64,000 nucleotides of DNA, from positions 93,266 through 157,265 of the forward strand of contig JBEDTR010000005.1 in NCBI GenBank assembly GCA_040119125.1. Reading direction: 5' to 3'. This DNA comes from Marinobacter sp. Its GTDB lineage: Bacteria; Pseudomonadota; Alphaproteobacteria; Rhodobacterales; Rhodobacteraceae. The position numbers were made by a program, and so were the translations under genes. A model generated the notes under the pieces. It was given only the letters and a program-made list of their open reading frames with translations. It was not told where the DNA came from and did no database searches. This document shows, piece by piece, positions 28,958 to 39,973 of the stretch (the stretch's first letter is position 1; every line of letters starts with the position of its first letter).

Positions 28958-31513
28958 TCAGCTGAGATAGGCCGCATGCAGCAGCGAGGACAGATTCCCC
29001 AGCCCGCCGCGCAGGGCATGCAGGCGGTCGGGGTCCAGTTCCGCCGGGGTGCAGATCGCAAGATCCGTGTGCAGGCGCAACACCGCGCGGCTCAGATCGG
29101 AGCGCTGGCCGTTGCGCAGCGCGCCGGGCAGCCGGTCGGTCTGATCGCGAATATCGTCAAGCTGGAACAGGATCGAGCGCGGGTTGCGATCATCGAGCGC
29201 CAGCAGGTCGAGAACCGTCACCGGATTGGAACTGCCGCGATAGCGCCGCTGGTGGGTCATCACGCTGTCGCCGATTTCCACGGCAATGCCAAGGCAGCCT
29301 TCGGGCGCATCCGGCGCGGTGAGCCATGCAAGGTAAGCGGCCATCTGTTCGGCGCGCTCCAACGAGCGGCCAAGGGTCAAGAACCGCCAGCCGCTGGAGC
29401 GATACATGTTCTCATGGACCAACCCCGAGAAGCCGGTGATCTTGCGCAGCAGCACGCCCAGCGCCTGTGCGGCATCGTCGCCGGCACCTGCGCTGCGCCG
29501 CATCCGCCGGGCCGAATCCGCCAAATCCTGCAGCGCGCGCCAGCCATCGACGGAAAAGCGGTCGCGCACCTTCGAGGCGCAGGTGATCGCGGCGCTGAGC
29601 AATCCGTTCAGCGCCTCGGGCACCGGCTGCGACAGGTCCAGACCGATGGTCTCGGCCTGCGCGCGCAGCCATGCGGGCAGCGCATCATCGGGGCTGCCGG
29701 TTTCCGCCAGCCGCAACTGATAGGCGCGCACCAGCCGGATCGTGGCTTCGGCCCGCTCAACATAGCGGCCAAGCCAGAACAGATTATCGGCGGCGCGGCT
29801 GGGCAGCGCGCCGCTGCGGCTGCGCTGCGGGGCTGAGGTGGCGGGCGGCGGCGCCGCGACCGGGCTGTCACCCACGATCCACACATCCGCGACCGACCCG
29901 CCGCGCTGCATCGCCAGCGCTGTCGCATCCTCGGTCCGGCCAATCCGGGCATAGCCGCCCGGCATGATCCGCCAGCCCTGCGCGGTGCGCGCGGCAAAGA
30001 CCCGCACGGTCATCGGGCGCGGCTGTAGCCCGCCATCGACCCATGCCGGCGTTGTCGAAAGCGTCACGGCCTCCTGCCCGACCAACTGCGCGCCCTCGGC
30101 CTTGATCCACGCGTCGATGGAGGGGCGCGCGGTGCCGCGAAAACGTCCGCCCAGCACCGTGGTCGCGTCGATTTCGAACGGCAGTGTCGTCGACAGCGCA
30201 GGCCCGATCATCATCTGATCGGTATGGGCGCTGACATAGGCCCGCTCGGCCTCTGCCCCGCACCACCATGTGGCGATGTTGGGCAGGCGCAGCGGCTCCC
30301 CCAGCAGGCTGCGCGCGATGGCGGGAAGAAAGGCCAGCATCGCCCGGCTTTCCAACACGCCCGATCCCAGCGCATTCACCAGCGTCAATTGCCCCGACCG
30401 CAGCGCCCCGATCAGACCCGGCGTGCCAAGGCGGGAGCCTTCGTCCAGTTCCAGCGGGTCGGCCATATGCCCGTCGAGCCGCCGCCATAGCACCGAAATC
30501 GGGCGCGGCCCGTCGACGGTGCGGATCATCGCCTGACCATCCTCGACGGTCAGATCCTCGCCTTCCAGCAGCGGGATACCAAGGTAGCGGGCGATGTAGA
30601 TATGTTCGAAATAGGTGTCGTTATGCTGGCCGGGGGTCAGGATGCCGATGCGGCTGTCATGGCCCAAGCGCAGGTCGCTCAACGCATCGCGGAAGGTGCG
30701 GAAAAACGGGGCGAGGCGTTCGACCCGCGCCCGTGGATAGAAATCCGAAAACACCCGGCTGGTGGCGACGCGATTTTCCAAGGCAAAGCCTGCGCCCGAC
30801 GGCGCCTGCGTCCGGTCGCCCAGCACAAACCACGTCCCATCGGGGGAGCGGCCGATCTCGAAGGCGAGGAAATGCAGAAAATGCCCGCCGGGCGGGGTGA
30901 TGCCCACCAGCGGGTGCAGCCATTCGGGGTTCTGCGCCACCAGCGCCGCGGGAAGCTGCCCGGATTTGACCAGATCGCCCGGACCATAAAGATCGGCCAT
31001 CACCCGTTCGAGCAGATCGGCGCGCTGCGCCAGCCCGGCCTCGATCCCGGCCCATTCATCCGCGTCGATCAGAACGGGCACGTGGCTGAGCGGCCAGTCA
31101 CGCTCGGTCGAGGCATCTTCGCTATAGTGGCGAAAGAACACGCCCGCATCGCGCAGATATTTATCCCCGCGCCCGAACGCGTCTGAGATCGCCTCGGGAG
31201 ATTGGCGCGCGAGGTTGCACATGAACTGCTGCCAGACCGGGCGCATTTCGCCATCCGGTCCGCGCAATTCATCGGCGATGCCGGGGCGGGCCTCATAGCC
31301 CGCCAGCATATCCGCCAAGCGCTGCGCCATCTGGCGTTCCGCCGCCGTAGCCTGCGCGCCCGTGGCCTGCGCGCCGGGTGCCTTCGCACCGGTCGGCTGC
31401 GCCCCGATCCCCTGTGCGCCCGTCCCCTGCGCCCCGATCCCCTGCGTGCCCGTCGCGCGGCGCTGATCGTCAAGACCGGCCCCGCGCGTCTTCTCTTCCC
31501 TCTTCTCGGTCAT
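28958..31513 (-). CDS. Circularly permuted type 2 ATP-grasp protein fused to an alpha-E domain
   Basis: DRTQAPSGAGFALENR, YFEH.Y.ARYLG, NALGSG, PGGYAR, and alpha-E repeats LFWLGRYVERAE and GRSLERA. Confidence 0.9.
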   Translation of the reverse strand: MTEKREEKTRGAGLDDQRRATGTQGIGAQGTGAQGIGAQPTGAKAPGAQATGAQATAAERQMAQRLADMLAGYEARPGIADELRGPDGEMRPVWQQFMCNLARQSPEAISDAFGRGDKYLRDAGVFFRHYSEDASTERDWPLSHVPVLIDADEWAGIEAGLAQRADLLERVMADLYGPGDLVKSGQLPAALVAQNPEWLHPLVGITPPGGHFLHFLAFEIGRSPDGTWFVLGDRTQAPSGAGFALENRVATSRVFSDFYPRARVERLAPFFRTFRDALSDLRLGHDSRIGILTPGQHNDTYFEHIYIARYLGIPLLEGEDLTVEDGQAMIRTVDGPRPISVLWRRLDGHMADPLELDEGSRLGTPGLIGALRSGQLTLVNALGSGVLESRAMLAFLPAIARSLLGEPLRLPNIATWWCGAEAERAYVSAHTDQMMIGPALSTTLPFEIDATTVLGGRFRGTARPSIDAWIKAEGAQLVGQEAVTLSTTPAWVDGGLQPRPMTVRVFAARTAQGWRIMPGGYARIGRTEDATALAMQRGGSVADVWIVGDSPVAAPPPATSAPQRSRSGALPSRAADNLFWLGRYVERAEATIRLVRAYQLRLAETGSPDDALPAWLRAQAETIGLDLSQPVPEALNGLLSAAITCASKVRDRFSVDGWRALQDLADSARRMRRSAGAGDDAAQALGVLLRKITGFSGLVHENMYRSSGWRFLTLGRSLERAEQMAAYLAWLTAPDAPEGCLGIAVEIGDSVMTHQRRYRGSSNPVTVLDLLALDDRNPRSILFQLDDIRDQTDRLPGALRNGQRSDLSRAVLRLHTDLAICTPAELDPDRLHALRGGLGNLSSLLHAAYLS
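31346..31450 (-). repeat. Seven in-frame 15-bp tandem repeats (G-A-Q-x-x pentapeptide)
   Basis: Encodes GTQGI-GAQGT-GAQGI-GAQPT-GAKAP-GAQAT-GAQAT. Confidence 0.85.
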
Positions 31514-31517
31514 CCGA

Positions 31518-34500
31518 TCACAATCCCGATCGGCGCCGCAGATCGAGCGTCATCGGGAATTCCGGGTGGCGGGTTTCCGGCTCCGGGACATAGGCGCCGG
31601 GGCTGTGGCCATGTGGCTCGAACCGGGCGAGGCGGCGGGCCTCGGCCTCATTGCCATTGACGGGGAAGGTGTCGTAGCTGCGCCCGCCGGGATGGGCGAC
31701 ATGATAGGTGCAGCCGCCGATGGCGCGCCCGGTCCATGTGTCGAAGATGTCAAAGACCAGCGGCGCATCGACCGGCAGCACGGGATGCAGCGCCTCGGGC
31801 GGCTGCCATGCCTTGAACCGGACCGCGCCCACGGCCAGCCCGCGGGTTCCGCTGGGGGTCAGCGACATCTGTCGGCGATTGACGCAGACGGTGTAGCGTC
31901 CGGGGTCGGCGGCGGTCAGGCTGACCTGAAGACGTTCCACCGAACTGTCGGTGTAGCGCACGGTGCCGCCAATCGCGCCGGTTTCACCCAGCACATGCCA
32001 CGGCTCCAGCGCTTGCCGGATTTCCAGCCCGATGCCCTCATAGGCGACCTCGCCGCAGAACGGGAACCGGAACTCCGCCTGCGCACGATACCATTCGGGG
32101 TCCAGATCAAAGCCATGATCGCGCAGGTCGCGCAGCACTTCCTCGAAATCCTGCCAGATGAAATGCGGCAGCATGAACCGGTCATGCAGCGTGGTGCCCC
32201 AGCGCACCGGCTTACCGGTCACCGGCGCATCCCAGAGCCGCGAAATGATGGCGCGGATCAGCAATTGCTGGGCGAGGTTCATTTTCGGATCTGGCGGCAT
32301 CTCGAAGCCACGGAATTCCACCAGCCCCAACCGCCCGGTCGGGCCATCGGGCGAGTAGAGCTTATCAATGCAGAGCTCCGCCCGGTGGGTATTGCCGGTC
32401 ACGTCGATCAGGATATTGCGCAGCAGCCGGTCGAGCACCCATGGCGGTGTATGTTCCGCCGCCCCCGCGCCCTGAATTTGGTCGAGCGCGATTTCCAGCT
32501 CATAAAGGCTGTCATGACGGGCCTCGTCGATGCGCGGCGCCTGACTGGTGGGGCCGATGAACAGGCCCGAAAATAGGTAGCTGAGCGCCGGGTGCCGTTG
32601 CCAGTAGAGGATCAGCGAGCGCATCAGATCGGGACGCCGCAAAAACGGGCTGTCCATCACACTGGCCCCGCCGACGACGACATGATTGCCCCCGCCAGTG
32701 CCGGTATGGCGACCGTCGATCATGAATTTATCTGCGCCGAGCCGACATTGCCGGGCCTCGTCATAGATCGCCTGCGTGGTGGCCACGCATTCTTCCCAAC
32801 TGGCGGCGGGGTGGATATTGACCTCCAACACACCGGGATCGGGGGCGACGCGGATCACATTCATCCGGGCGTCATGGGGCGGCGCGTAGCCTTCGATATG
32901 CACCGGCAGACCCAATTTGGCAGCGGCGGCCTCGGCAGCGGCAACCAGCTCGAGGTAATCCTCCACCCGTTCCGTCGGCGGCATGAAGATGCACAGCCGC
33001 CCGTCACGCGGCTCGACACTCATGGCGGTGCGGACCTCTCCGCCTTCGGTGTTCAATTCCTGCTCGACCACATCCTGTCCCGGCTCCGACGCGGTGAAGC
33101 GTGCCGTGCCCTGACTGCGTTCGCCGGTGATCTCGGGGCCGATGCGCTTGCCCTGCCCTTCCGTCGCTGCATGACCTCCGGTCGCAGCATCACCATCCGG
33201 GCGACGTCCGCCGCGATCCGGCAGCGGCCCGGTCTGGGTCGAGGGGTCCGCGACATAGGTGTAGGGGTAATCCTCCTTGGGGATATGCGGCAGGCTGTCG
33301 AGCGGCAGGCGGAAGCCTACGGGGCTGTCGCCGGGCACCAAGAACAGCTTGCCGCGTCTTGTGCGCCACAGCTCGGACATCCAGCCGGAACTGGCGCGCG
33401 CCTGCCAGCGCTGGATCGGCAGCACCATGCCCGAGGGCGCGGTCAGGCCGCGATCAAACACGCGTGCGATCCGGTAGCGCGCCTCGGCATCGGCCAGTTT
33501 GGAATTTTCCGGGGTCACGTTATCAGGCAGGTTGGCCTCCCGCAGGAGCCATTCGCCGGGGTCTTCATAGGCGGGCTGGACGTGATCGGGATCGACGCCC
33601 AGTTCTTCGGCCATGCCCGCCAACAGCGCGCGGGCTTGCTCCGGACCGGCACCGGTTTCGGCGTTTTCGGTCGCGATCAAGGATTCGTCGCTCCAGATCG
33701 CTTTGCCGTCGCGACGCCAGTAGAGCGAGAAGGTCCAGCGCGGCAGGGTTTCACCCGGATACCACTTGCCCTGCCCGTAATGCAGAAAGCCGCCGGGCGC
33801 GAAGCGGTCGCGCAGGCGGCGAATAAGCTTGTCGGCAAGCGGACGTTTCATGGGACCGACGGCTTCGGTGTTCCATTCCTCTGCCTCGAAATCGTCAATC
33901 GACACGAAGGTCGGCTCGCCCCCCATGGTCAAGCGCACATCGGATTTCTCCAGCGCCGCGTCGACCTGACGGCCCAGCGCATCGAGCCGCTGCCAGCTTT
34001 CTTCCGGGAAGGGTTTGGTGATGCGCGGATGTTCGGCCACCCGGCGCACGGTCATGTCGAAATCGAACGTCACCTCCGCCGGGCTGGCCATGCCGGAGAT
34101 CGGCGCGGCATTGGCGTAATGCGGCGTCGCGGCCAGCGGAATATGGCTTTCGCCCGTCAGCAGACCGGAGGTCGGGTCCAGCCCGACCCAGCCCGCGCCC
34201 GGCAGATAGACCTCGCACCATGCATGCAGATCGGTGAAGTCGTGATCCGTGCCCGCCGGGCCGTCGAGCGCCTGCAAATCCGGTTTCAGCTGGATCAGGT
34301 AGCCCGAGCAGAACCGCGCGGCGAAGCCGAGATTGCGCAGAATCTGCACCAGCAGCCATGAGCTGTCGCGGCACGAGCCGGAGGCGCTTTCCAGCGTTTC
34401 CTCGGGCGTCTGCACGCCCGGCTCCATGCGGATCGTGTAGCCCACCTGCTGGGACAGGCGCATGTTCAGCCCGACGAGGAAATCGACAGTGCCCTCCTCG

Positions 34501-34910
34501 CTGCGGTCGATATCGCGCAGATATTGTTGCAGGCGCGGGCCCGCAGGTTCCGGCGTGGCATAGATCGTCAGATCCTCGCGCAGCGCCTCGGGGTAGTCGA
34601 AGGGCCATTTCTGGGCCAGATCCTCGACGAAAAAATCGAAGGGGTTATAGACCGACATATCGGCAACGAGATCGACCTCGATGCGGAATTCGCGCACCGG
34701 CTCGGGAAAGACAAACCGCGCCAGCCAGTTGCCATAGGGGTCTTGCTGGTGGTTCACGAAATGCCCGCCGGGGCTGACCTTCAGCGAATGGCTGATGACC
34801 CGCGTGCGGCTATGCGGGGCCGGTCGCAGGCGGATGATCTGCGGGCTCAGCGTGACCGGGCGGTCGTATTTGTAATGCGTCAGGTGCGTGATGGCGGCAT
34901 GAATGGACAT
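31518..34910 (-). CDS. Transglutaminase domain fused to a DUF2126 putative amidoligase
   Basis: GSCRDS / LHAWCEVY / LDPTSG triad, then [32 protein letters not shown] and GLVEFR. Confidence 0.9.
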   Translation of the reverse strand: MSIHAAITHLTHYKYDRPVTLSPQIIRLRPAPHSRTRVISHSLKVSPGGHFVNHQQDPYGNWLARFVFPEPVREFRIEVDLVADMSVYNPFDFFVEDLAQKWPFDYPEALREDLTIYATPEPAGPRLQQYLRDIDRSEEGTVDFLVGLNMRLSQQVGYTIRMEPGVQTPEETLESASGSCRDSSWLLVQILRNLGFAARFCSGYLIQLKPDLQALDGPAGTDHDFTDLHAWCEVYLPGAGWVGLDPTSGLLTGESHIPLAATPHYANAAPISGMASPAEVTFDFDMTVRRVAEHPRITKPFPEESWQRLDALGRQVDAALEKSDVRLTMGGEPTFVSIDDFEAEEWNTEAVGPMKRPLADKLIRRLRDRFAPGGFLHYGQGKWYPGETLPRWTFSLYWRRDGKAIWSDESLIATENAETGAGPEQARALLAGMAEELGVDPDHVQPAYEDPGEWLLREANLPDNVTPENSKLADAEARYRIARVFDRGLTAPSGMVLPIQRWQARASSGWMSELWRTRRGKLFLVPGDSPVGFRLPLDSLPHIPKEDYPYTYVADPSTQTGPLPDRGGRRPDGDAATGGHAATEGQGKRIGPEITGERSQGTARFTASEPGQDVVEQELNTEGGEVRTAMSVEPRDGRLCIFMPPTERVEDYLELVAAAEAAAAKLGLPVHIEGYAPPHDARMNVIRVAPDPGVLEVNIHPAASWEECVATTQAIYDEARQCRLGADKFMIDGRHTGTGGGNHVVVGGASVMDSPFLRRPDLMRSLILYWQRHPALSYLFSGLFIGPTSQAPRIDEARHDSLYELEIALDQIQGAGAAEHTPPWVLDRLLRNILIDVTGNTHRAELCIDKLYSPDGPTGRLGLVEFRGFEMPPDPKMNLAQQLLIRAIISRLWDAPVTGKPVRWGTTLHDRFMLPHFIWQDFEEVLRDLRDHGFDLDPEWYRAQAEFRFPFCGEVAYEGIGLEIRQALEPWHVLGETGAIGGTVRYTDSSVERLQVSLTAADPGRYTVCVNRRQMSLTPSGTRGLAVGAVRFKAWQPPEALHPVLPVDAPLVFDIFDTWTGRAIGGCTYHVAHPGGRSYDTFPVNGNEAEARRLARFEPHGHSPGAYVPEPETRHPEFPMTLDLRRRSGL

Positions 34911-35037
34911 CGGAGGCTTTCACTGAGGGCGCAGGAGGTTATCGGCATAGCAGCACGAAACGCCGCCCCGATGCTAGGGGCAACGCCTTCAGCACGCCGC
35001 AAACCGCGTCTGCCCGCCGAAGCTGCTGAATTCGTGC

Positions 35038-36450
35038 TCAGGGCAGCAGCACGCCGGGGTTCATCACGCCCTGCGGATCGATCGCGGTCTTGATCGCGCG
35101 CATCATGTCGAGCGCGACGGGATCCTTGCGCCGCCGCATCGAGGGCAGTTTGCTGCGGCCCACGCCATGTTCGGCGGAAAAACTGCCGCCGAATTCCGCC
35201 ACCACATCCTCGACCATCTCCCGCAGCGCGTCGAGATGGGTGGCGTCATCGCGGGTCGGAAACATCGTGTAATGCAGGTTGCCATCGCCCAGATGGCCGA
35301 CCGTCACGCTATAGGCGCCCGCATCCATCGCCCCCAGTCGCGCCTCCAGCCCGGCCAGCGCCGCGCCGACCTGATCGGGCGGCACCGCGATGTCGGTATC
35401 CACCAGCGGCGCGCGGTCGAGCGTGATCTCGGCGGCGATTTCGCGCAGGTGCCACAGTTCCTTGCGCTGGGCGTCGGAGCGGGCCACGACCGCATCCGCA
35501 ATCTGACCGCGTTCCAGCGCGTGGCCCAGCGTTTCCTCCAGCAGCGCGACCACCGGCACGGTGCCATCGGCGTCCGGCACCGCGTCCCGACGGGCAGTGG
35601 CGCCCAGTTCAATCAGCAGGGTAAAGGCATGATCGCCGTCCAACGGCGCGTTCAGGCCGGGGCGGGTTTCGCGCAGGCGGGCAAAGTAGCTCTGCGGCAT
35701 GATCTCGAACGCTTCCACCGCGCCGGAGCTTTCGCTTTGCAGCCGGTTGAGCAGGTCCAGCGCCCCGTCGAGCGAGGACATCCCCACCATCGCCGTGGCA
35801 TAGGCCACGGGGGTTGGAAACAGTTTCAACACCGCCGCCGTGATGACGCCCAGCGTGCCTTCGGCCCCGATCAGAAGCTGGCGCAGGTCATAGCCGGAAT
35901 TGTCCTTCAGCAGGGCGGAGGTCAGATCCATCACCCGCCCATCGGGCAGCACCGCCTCCAGTCCCAGACACAGCGCGCGGGTATTGCCGTAACGCAGCAC
36001 ATTGGCGCCGCCCGCATTCGTCGACAGCACACCGCCGATCCGCGCCGAGCCGCGTGCGCCGAACATCAGCGGGAAGCTCAGACCCTGTGCCGCGACCGCC
36101 TCTTGCAGAGTGGCAACGACGACGCCGGCTTCGGCCACCGCGACGCGCGCGTGACTGCGGATTTCGCGAATCCGGTTCATCCGCTCAGTCGATAAGATCA
36201 CCGCATCGCAGGCCTGCGTCGCCCCGGTCACGCCGGTATTGCCGCCCATCGGCACGATTGGGGTGCGGGTGTCCTGCGCAAGCCGCATGATCGCGGCAAC
36301 CTCCTCCGTTGAGCCGGGCCGCACGACTGCACCGGGCTGCGCGGAATAGGATTTCACCCAGCTTTGCCCATAGGGCGCGGCGTCGGACCCGGTCAGCACC
36401 TGCGCGGGTCCGCAAATCGCGGCAAGTCGGTCAAGAGGCAGGTCTGGCAT
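35038..36450 (-). CDS. FAD-binding oxidoreductase (D-2-hydroxyacid dehydrogenase/GlcD-like)
   Basis: GGNTG, STNAGG...RYG, KDNSGYDL, GAEGTLG, GHLGDGNLH, SAEHGVG and NPG. SD GGAG upstream of ATG 36450. Confidence 0.9.
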   Translation of the reverse strand: MPDLPLDRLAAICGPAQVLTGSDAAPYGQSWVKSYSAQPGAVVRPGSTEEVAAIMRLAQDTRTPIVPMGGNTGVTGATQACDAVILSTERMNRIREIRSHARVAVAEAGVVVATLQEAVAAQGLSFPLMFGARGSARIGGVLSTNAGGANVLRYGNTRALCLGLEAVLPDGRVMDLTSALLKDNSGYDLRQLLIGAEGTLGVITAAVLKLFPTPVAYATAMVGMSSLDGALDLLNRLQSESSGAVEAFEIMPQSYFARLRETRPGLNAPLDGDHAFTLLIELGATARRDAVPDADGTVPVVALLEETLGHALERGQIADAVVARSDAQRKELWHLREIAAEITLDRAPLVDTDIAVPPDQVGAALAGLEARLGAMDAGAYSVTVGHLGDGNLHYTMFPTRDDATHLDALREMVEDVVAEFGGSFSAEHGVGRSKLPSMRRRKDPVALDMMRAIKTAIDPQGVMNPGVLLP

Positions 36451-36686
36451 GGTGATCTCCGTCCGGGCGGCGCGTTGTGTTTCAAAGGGGTGATGGCCCT
36501 GCGGCAGGCGCGGGTCAAGGCGAGGGTGTGGCCCCATCGGCGCCTGCCCGTGGGGCGACGACGGGGGAATGGTGGGCATTCCGGTGTCACCCCCCTCCCC
36601 GCTTTGAAGTCAGGCAAGGTGGCAAAACGCCAGCGCGCAGGACCGGGTAGGCGCCTGAGCAGCGGGTCGGACAGGTGCCCGCCCCT

Positions 36687-39224
36687 TCAGTCCCGTGCGC
36701 GCAACACGCGGGCGGGACGGGCCGCGAGGGGGCGGAGCGCGAAGCCAAGCCCGGCAAGGGTCGTGGCCAGCACGCCACCGGCGATGATGAGCAGGGCCGA
36801 AAGTGGCTCGAACACGAAATCCGTCTCCATGACAAAGACCGTCACCGCCCATCCGGCAAGCCCGCCCGCCAGCACGGCAACCAGACCCGCCGCCAATCCA
36901 GTCAGCATCGAACGCCACGCGAAATAGGCAAGGATCTGGCGCCGCGCGGCGCCCACGGTCTTGAGCACCGCGGCCTCGAACACCCGCGCGCGTTCCCCCG
37001 CCGCAGCCGCGCCGATCAGGACAATCCCGCCGGTCAGAAGCGTCACGCCCGCGCCATAGGTGATGGCGGTGGCGACCGCACCCAGCAGCTCCGCCACCCG
37101 TTCGGCTACGTCACGGACGCGGATCATGGTGATGTTGGGCCAGCGGCTTGCGACGTCGCGCAGGATCGCCGGCTCGGCCTCTGCTTCGGCATAGATCGTG
37201 GCGATGAAGGTATGTGGCGCGCCCTGCACCGCCGCCGGGTTCATCGTCAGCACAAAGCCGATACCGGCGTCCGAAAAATCGACCTCGCGGAACGAGGTCA
37301 CGTCCGCCTCGATGTCGCGGCCCAGAATGTTGACGGTCAGGGTATCGCCCAGCTTAAGCCCAATCTCGCGCGCTTCCTCGGCGGCGAAGCTGATTTGAGG
37401 CGGGCCGGTGTAATCCTCGGGCCACCATGTGCCTGCGGTGACTTCCGTCCGGGCGTCGGGGGTGGCGGCATAGGTCACACCGCGATCACCGCGCAGCACC
37501 CAGTGATTGCCTGCGACATCGGTCGCGACCTCGCCGTTGATCCGGGTGATGACACCGCGCAGCATGGGGGCGGTCTCGACCCGCTCGACCCCGGCCTCAG
37601 CATCGAGCAGCGTCTGGAGCGGCTGCATTTGATCGGGTTGAATATCGACGACGAAAAAGCTCGGCGCGACATCGGGCAGATCGCCCGCGATGGCGCGGCG
37701 CAGGTTGCTGTCGATCTGGCCCACGGCGGCAAGCACCGATAGGCCCAGACCCAGCGACAGGACAACGCTGGCGGTTTCCCCGCCCGGCCCCCCAATCGCG
37801 CCTAAGGCCAACCGCAGCGCGCTGCGCCCGCGCAACGCGCGCGACCGGGCGGCGCGGCGGCTGAGCGCGGCAATTCCGCGCGCCGCCAGCGCCAGCAGCA
37901 GCAGCGCGCCCAGCACGCCCGCGGCCGCGCCCAGCGTCAGTTCCGGCACGCCCGAAAACCAGACCGCCGCGCCGATCAGCACGACGACCAACCCCAGCAC
38001 GGTCGCGATCCAGCGGCGGCGTGGCCAGCCTGCCGCCGCGCCGGCGTCGCGAAACAGGGCTGCGGGACGGATGGTTTCGGTCCGCGCCAGCGGCCAGAGC
38101 GTAAAGATCAGCGCCGTCAGCACACCGTAAAGCGCAGCTTCGGCCAAGGGCCGGGCATGAAGCCCGAACGCCGCAGGGATCGGCAAACGCGCCTCCAGCA
38201 GCGGCGCAACCGCCAGCGGCAGAGCGGCGCCCAACACGAGGCCCAGCACCACGCCGAACCCCGCCAACGCGCCGATCTGCATCAGATAGGCCCAGAGGAT
38301 CACCCGCGACGAGGCGCCGAGGCTGCGCAGCACCGCGATTGTGGGAATGCGCGCGTCGAGATAGGCGCGCACCGCTGCCGACACGCCGATCCCGCCAACC
38401 GCCAGACCGGCAAGCCCGACCAGCACCAGAAACGCGCCGGTGCGATCGACGAAACGGGCGATGGCGGGCGCGGCGCGGCGGCTGTCGCGCCAGCTCATGC
38501 CAGTGTCGCGGAACAGCGCTTCGGCTTCGGCCTTGACCGTGTCGAGATCCGCCTCAGCAGGCAGGTCGAGCCGGTAGCGGCTTTCATACAGCGTGCCGGG
38601 GGTCAGCAGGCCGGAGCCGTCCAGAGCCGCCCTGCGCACCAGAACCCGTGGCCCGAAGGCGAACCCGGTCGCGCCGCTGTCAGGCTCCCGGTCCAGCAGC
38701 GCGGTCAGGACGAAACTGGCTTCTCCCAACCGGAACCTATCCCCGACCGACAATCCCAGCCGCGCCGCCAGCACTGGATCGGCCACGGCCCCCGGTATTC
38801 CGTCCGCGCCAGCGAAGGCCGCATCGAGCGGCATCGCCGGGTCCAGTTCGGCCTGCCCCAGCAGCGGCCAAGCGCCATCGACCCCCTTCAATTGCACCAG
38901 CGCGCGATCAGCGCTGCCATCGGGGCGGTCAACCACGGCCATTGAGCGGAAATCGACGATCTCGGATACCGTGTTGGCGGCCTGCGCCATCCATGCCCGT
39001 TCGTCATCGGTGGCGAAACGATAGGTGAAGCTCATCTGCGCATCACCCCCCAGCAGGGTCGCGCCCTCGCGCTCAAGCCCCTGCTGAATGCTTTCGCGCA
39101 CCATGCCGACAGCAGCGATGGCCGCGACACCCAGCGCAAGACAGGCGACAAAGACCCGGAACCCCGCCAGCCCGCCGCGCAATTCGCGCCGGGCAATGCG
39201 GGCGGCGTCACGCAGCGCGCTCAT
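36687..39224 (-). CDS. ABC transporter permease, FtsX-like (YbbP family)
   Basis: ARRELRGG...ALGVAAIAAV...LLGGD with two FtsX repeats; ATGA coupling to the ATPase gene. Confidence 0.9.
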   Translation of the reverse strand: MSALRDAARIARRELRGGLAGFRVFVACLALGVAAIAAVGMVRESIQQGLEREGATLLGGDAQMSFTYRFATDDERAWMAQAANTVSEIVDFRSMAVVDRPDGSADRALVQLKGVDGAWPLLGQAELDPAMPLDAAFAGADGIPGAVADPVLAARLGLSVGDRFRLGEASFVLTALLDREPDSGATGFAFGPRVLVRRAALDGSGLLTPGTLYESRYRLDLPAEADLDTVKAEAEALFRDTGMSWRDSRRAAPAIARFVDRTGAFLVLVGLAGLAVGGIGVSAAVRAYLDARIPTIAVLRSLGASSRVILWAYLMQIGALAGFGVVLGLVLGAALPLAVAPLLEARLPIPAAFGLHARPLAEAALYGVLTALIFTLWPLARTETIRPAALFRDAGAAAGWPRRRWIATVLGLVVVLIGAAVWFSGVPELTLGAAAGVLGALLLLALAARGIAALSRRAARSRALRGRSALRLALGAIGGPGGETASVVLSLGLGLSVLAAVGQIDSNLRRAIAGDLPDVAPSFFVVDIQPDQMQPLQTLLDAEAGVERVETAPMLRGVITRINGEVATDVAGNHWVLRGDRGVTYAATPDARTEVTAGTWWPEDYTGPPQISFAAEEAREIGLKLGDTLTVNILGRDIEADVTSFREVDFSDAGIGFVLTMNPAAVQGAPHTFIATIYAEAEAEPAILRDVASRWPNITMIRVRDVAERVAELLGAVATAITYGAGVTLLTGGIVLIGAAAAGERARVFEAAVLKTVGAARRQILAYFAWRSMLTGLAAGLVAVLAGGLAGWAVTVFVMETDFVFEPLSALLIIAGGVLATTLAGLGFALRPLAARPARVLRARD

Positions 39225-39973
39225 TCGGCGGCGGCGCGCAGGCCCTCCCCTGCGATCCGGCCATCGGCCAGACGCACCACCCGGTCGCATCGCGCGGCCA
39301 GCGCGGGTGCATGCGTGACCAAAACCAGCGTCGCGCCGTGGCGATCACGCAGGTCAAACAGCATGTCCATGATCGCCTCGCCCGTGGCAGTGTCGAGATT
39401 GCCGGTCGGCTCATCGGCCAGCAGGATCTGCGGACGCGGCGCGGCGGCACGGGCCAGTGCGACGCGCTGCTGTTCACCGCCCGACATCTGCCGCGGATAA
39501 TGATTGACGCGCGCGCCCAGACCCACGGCCCGCAGTTCCGCCTCCGCGCGGTCAAACGCGTCGTCATGCCCGGCCAATTCCAGCGGTGTGGCGACATTTT
39601 CCAGCGCGGTCATGGTCGGGATCAGGTGGAAAGACTGAAACACGATGCCCATATGATGGCGGCGGAACCGGGCCAGCGCATCCTCGTTCATTCCCGACAG
39701 GTCATGGCCGAGGGCGGTGATCCGACCGCCGGTTGCGCGCTCCAGCCCGCCCATCACCATGAGGAGAGAACTCTTGCCCGACCCCGATGGCCCGATCAGC
39801 CCCAGCGTTTCGCCACGCGTCACCGACAGATCAATGCCGCGCAGGATCTCCACCGGGCCGGCATTGCCGTCAAGCGTCAGCCGCAGGTCTGCCAGATCAA
39901 GCAGGGCATCAGCGGAGGTCGCACCCACAGCTGCGGGCCCGTCGGCATGGGGGTCGGCGGGTGTCACGGTCAT
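39221..39973 (-). CDS. ABC transporter ATP-binding protein (YbbA family)
   Basis: GPSGSGKSS, VFQSFHL, MSGGEQQRV and LADEPTGNLD. Confidence 0.92.
   Translation of the reverse strand: MTVTPADPHADGPAAVGATSADALLDLADLRLTLDGNAGPVEILRGIDLSVTRGETLGLIGPSGSGKSSLLMVMGGLERATGGRITALGHDLSGMNEDALARFRRHHMGIVFQSFHLIPTMTALENVATPLELAGHDDAFDRAEAELRAVGLGARVNHYPRQMSGGEQQRVALARAAAPRPQILLADEPTGNLDTATGEAIMDMLFDLRDRHGATLVLVTHAPALAARCDRVVRLADGRIAGEGLRAAAE

Noticed and set aside
34911-35050. NtrC-like box upstream of the transglutaminase operon
   Set aside because: Only partial half-sites; no full TGCC-N9-GGCA match.
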